DNA of 39,481 nucleotides from Lysobacterales bacterium (GTDB lineage Bacteria; Pseudomonadota; Gammaproteobacteria; Xanthomonadales; SZUA-5): NCBI GenBank assembly GCA_022844165.1, contig JALHMH010000041.1, positions 1 to 39,481 of the forward strand, read 5' to 3'. Shown piece by piece: positions 36,878 to 39,481 of this stretch (position 1 is its first letter; each line of letters starts with the position of its first letter). The notes under the pieces were generated by a model. It saw only the letters and a program-made list of their open reading frames with translations, ran no database searches and was not told where the DNA came from. The position numbers and the translations under genes were made by a program.

Positions 36878-37534
36878 CTACAGGCGCTGTACTGCATTCG
36901 ACGGCGGAGCGCGCAATTTGGTTTGCATGCTGCGCGCTTCAAAATCGAGTTGCGCGCGCACACCGGCATCGGTATCGGCATCGAGATGAGTCAATTGGCG
37001 CAACACCGGTTCGAATCCACGCAACACGCGCGCCAGCTGCGCATCGCCGACACGCTCGGCGGCCAGCGCATGCAAGCGGTTATCGGCGATGATCGATTCG
37101 ATCCGCGCGACGCGATTGTCCGCCTCTGGCAGCGCCGCCAGGGCTTGCCGCGTTGTCGTCAGATGCAGCAATACACTGGCATGGTCCGAGGCGACGACTG
37201 GCATTGCGACAATGATCGGCGCGGAGCGATCGACCGCAATCCAGTGTCCGATGCCGACGCCGATGACCAGCGCCGCCGCAGCGACCGCCGTCAATTGCCA
37301 CAGCGTGCGGCGCTGACGCCTGCCCGAATCGCTGCCAGCACGCAACGCGGCCCGCCAGCGCTGCTGGCTCCCCGCCGGCACTGCCATCGGCATAGCGCGC
37401 AGAGCATCGAGATCCGAGCACAGCGCGGCGTTGCGCGCACGCAGCTCGCTGTCGTGCGCCAGCGCTTCCCGGATCGCCTCTGGTGCCGGGTGTTCGCTCA
37501 TCCGATACAGCAATAACTCGTCGTCGTTGATCAT
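36878..37534 (-). CDS. Putative single-pass anti-sigma factor
   Basis: Coupled to the ECF sigma gene (ATGA overlap); short cytoplasmic N-domain (DDELLLY), one TM after a basic stretch, helical periplasmic domain. Confidence 0.7.
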   Translation of the reverse strand: MINDDELLLYRMSEHPAPEAIREALAHDSELRARNAALCSDLDALRAMPMAVPAGSQQRWRAALRAGSDSGRRQRRTLWQLTAVAAAALVIGVGIGHWIAVDRSAPIIVAMPVVASDHASVLLHLTTTRQALAALPEADNRVARIESIIADNRLHALAAERVGDAQLARVLRGFEPVLRQLTHLDADTDAGVRAQLDFEARSMQTKLRAPPSNAVQRL

Positions 37535-38040
37535 GGACCACCTCGCCAGTCGGCTAACGCACCGCGCAGCTTCCGTACGCCGCGGAAAAGCCCCTGTTTA
37601 ACGCTATCAACACTGCATCCCAGATGCTGAGCGATTTCCGCCAGCGACCACTCCTCATGGTGTTTGAGCACAAACACCGTGCGCTCAAGCGCGCTCAAGT
37701 GAATCAAAGCGTCGTCGAGATCGCGTTTGAGGTCGGCGCTGCGATGGCCGCCCTCGTACGCATGATCGGCGTCTGCATCCAGGGTCTCGCCGCGTTCTCG
37801 ACGCAGCAAGTCGATGGCCGCATTGATCGCGATGCGATGCACCCAGGTGTCGATCTCCGCTTCGCCACGAAAGGTCGCGCGGTGGCGCCACGCCTTGAGC
37901 AGCGCCTCCTGCACTGCCTCCTCAGCCAACGCAGCGCGACCTGTGATGCGCAGACACGCGCCATACCAGCGCGAGCTCCGGTGCGCGATAAGCGCATCGA
38001 AGCTCGAGACGTTGGCATTGGGGCGGAAAAAATGCAGCAT
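37531..38040 (-). CDS. ECF-subfamily RNA polymerase sigma factor
   Basis: Region 2 AEEAVQEALLKAW...FRG...TWVHRIAINAAID; region 4 LSALERTVFVL...SLAEIA..LG.SV.SVK..LFR. Confidence 0.92.
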   Translation of the reverse strand: MLHFFRPNANVSSFDALIAHRSSRWYGACLRITGRAALAEEAVQEALLKAWRHRATFRGEAEIDTWVHRIAINAAIDLLRRERGETLDADADHAYEGGHRSADLKRDLDDALIHLSALERTVFVLKHHEEWSLAEIAQHLGCSVDSVKQGLFRGVRKLRGALADWRGGP

Positions 38041-38050
38041 GCAAAGCTTC

Positions 38051-38075
38051 GACGCTGCATGCTCAACAAAAGTTA
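38051..38075 (-). promoter_or_regulatory. Putative autoregulatory ECF promoter (AAC-N17-CGTC)
   Basis: - strand TAAC-TTTTGTTGAGCATGCAG-CGTC, then 10 nt to the sigma ATG; no SD present. Confidence 0.6.
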
Positions 38076-38807
38076 GCGTCGATTGTCGAGCGCGCTCAGC
38101 CGCGCCCGCTCGCGCTGCACCCAGGCACGCAGCCACCATTGGGCAAAATTCAACAAAAAGTAGACCAGCCCCGGCGCCGCCGCCAGCGCTGGCGAAATGC
38201 CTGGCGGCATCGCCAGCGCCAACACCAGGGACAGGATCGAGACCACCACCACCGCGCTCCAGGCATACGTCGAAGCCCGGGTGATTACACGTTCAATCGG
38301 GCTCAACATCAACGCATCGGCTTGTTGAGCGGCGTGCCGCGTGAGCAGCAACAGGATTGTGGCCATGCCCGCCATCGCAACCGCAAAACTGCCGAAGTAC
38401 CAACGCACGTCGCTCAGTGAGGCGAGCCTGACCTCGGAGGGAAAGAAGCCGCCACTGATCCATGCGAAAAAACCGCTGAACAGCATCCGCAACGGATAGA
38501 CGAAAATCAGCACCAGGAAGACCAGCAGCACGCTCAAGTTGCTGCTGTAGGCGTCGTCGATGCCATAGCGGCGACTCCATTCGTCGTGGCCACGCCAGAA
38601 CACCATGATCAGCGCGAAACTGGCCGCAAACGATGGAATCAGTTTGAGCGCTTCTTTCAGCTCGGCAATGGTCTGCGGCACATCGCCAACGCTGATGACC
38701 AACATCGATACCGCAAACGCGAACGCGGCGTCGACAAAGGTCTCAAGTCGCGTGACGCGATCGCCACGTTCGCGAAAACCGTCTGGTCGCAGCCGCAAAT
38801 CGCTCAC
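38073..38807 (-). CDS. TMEM175/DUF1211-family membrane protein (K+ channel family)
   Basis: RLETFVDAAFAFAVSMLV (RxxxFSD-like), SFALIMVFW..H; six hydrophobic helices. Confidence 0.88.
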   Translation of the reverse strand: MSDLRLRPDGFRERGDRVTRLETFVDAAFAFAVSMLVISVGDVPQTIAELKEALKLIPSFAASFALIMVFWRGHDEWSRRYGIDDAYSSNLSVLLVFLVLIFVYPLRMLFSGFFAWISGGFFPSEVRLASLSDVRWYFGSFAVAMAGMATILLLLTRHAAQQADALMLSPIERVITRASTYAWSAVVVVSILSLVLALAMPPGISPALAAAPGLVYFLLNFAQWWLRAWVQRERARLSALDNRR

Positions 38808-39316
38808 AGCGTCGGCAGGCTGCCCAAGAAATCTTTCTTGCCGAGCGGCACGCCATTGGCACGCAGGATCGCGTATGCGCTCGTCAGGTGAAAGTAGAAG
38901 TTGGGCAGGCCGTAGTGCACCAAATAGTCGGTGCCCTTAAAGCGCCGCTCGTTTGGCGTCCCGGGGCGCAACACGATGATGCGCTCGGCGCCAGCGTCGA
39001 TCGCGGCCGCATCAATGCTCCTGGCAAACGCAACCGACACCTCGATCAGTTGCTTCAGCTCGGCAATCGACTGCTGGTTATCGGGCTGGCTCAATACGTC
39101 CACACCCGCCAACCGCGCCGGCACCCCACGCGCAAAGTCGCAGGCGATCTGTACCTGGCGGGCCAGCGGAAACATGTCAACGATCAATCGCTGGCCGAGC
39201 AGTAGTTCCGGGTCGTAAGCTGCGGAAGACGCGTGCGCAACGGCTTTGTCGAGCATCAAGCTCAGATTGCCCAGGGCATGCGCCATGGGTGGAACAGTGG
39301 CAGTGTGCAGATGCAT
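38804..39316 (-). CDS. DUF1993-family protein
   Basis: RLIVDMFPLARQVQIACD, LPNFYFHLTSAYAILR..GV.LGK.DFLG. Confidence 0.92.
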   Translation of the reverse strand: MHLHTATVPPMAHALGNLSLMLDKAVAHASSAAYDPELLLGQRLIVDMFPLARQVQIACDFARGVPARLAGVDVLSQPDNQQSIAELKQLIEVSVAFARSIDAAAIDAGAERIIVLRPGTPNERRFKGTDYLVHYGLPNFYFHLTSAYAILRANGVPLGKKDFLGSLPTL

Positions 39317-39378
39317 ATCGGATGGCCGCTTGGAAGGGCGCCAAGCATGCGACGCTTTGCGCTGGGCAACAACTGGTG

Positions 39379-39481
39379 GGGGCGAACCGGAGCTGTCGCG
39401 CGGCATGCCGCGCGCCGGTGAGCGCCCGGCCATGGATGGCCGGGCCGGCGCCCAGCACCAGGGGCGAACCGGAGCTGTCGC
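39379..39481. repeat. Palindrome-rich tandem repeat with 82-bp period, truncated by the window end
   Basis: GGGGCGAACCGGAGCTGTCGC at 39379-39399 and 39461-39481; internal palindromes CGCGCGGCATGCCGCGCG and CCCGGCCATGGATGGCCGGG. Confidence 0.7.

Noticed and set aside
39379-39481. CRISPR array
   Set aside because: Only two 21-nt copies are visible, the 61-nt intervening segment is itself palindromic, and no cas genes are in the window.

Overview
GC-rich (about 63-65% by eye) chromosomal segment. Gene content and sequence style suggest a Xanthomonadales/Rhodanobacteraceae-like gammaproteobacterium (inference). The left arm holds an RclR/RcsR-like AraC regulator with an AhpD-like gene, rsgA, an S9 dipeptidyl peptidase, an FAD oxidoreductase, an orphan GspE/PilB ATPase, bepA and tusD-tusC-tusE-grxC. 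The right arm holds an incomplete Opp-type ABC pair, an SDR, ygjP-rdgC-ttcA, a Fur-boxed hemP, an ECF sigma/anti-sigma/2x HEAT-repeat operon, TMEM175 and DUF1993. Between the arms is an accessory block (about 12.3-28.0 kb) of large secreted proteins: a PD40/TolB-like propeller, a triple-CSLREA protein, a CARDB-like protein, an AA10 LPMO-Fn3-GH18 fusion and an orphan. These surround a Bacteroidetes-style hybrid two-component system (HTCS). Most notable: (1) a shared 'D/N-x-[ILV]-F-x-x-G-F-E' tag on three exported proteins, a candidate uncharacterised sorting/docking signal; (2) a tandem 21-bp-period operator candidate; (3) a REPIN-like element inserted in frame in the HTCS linker; (4) an internally deleted duplicate of the ABC permease gene that encodes a 39-aa hydrophobic peptide; (5) bepA and tusD starting on one CATG palindrome; (6) a DsrC-type CX10C TusE next to glutaredoxin; (7) a dispersed repeat anchored on TAG stop codons. 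No rRNA, tRNA, CRISPR array or transposase was recognised. All family assignments come from motif recognition by eye, not database searches.
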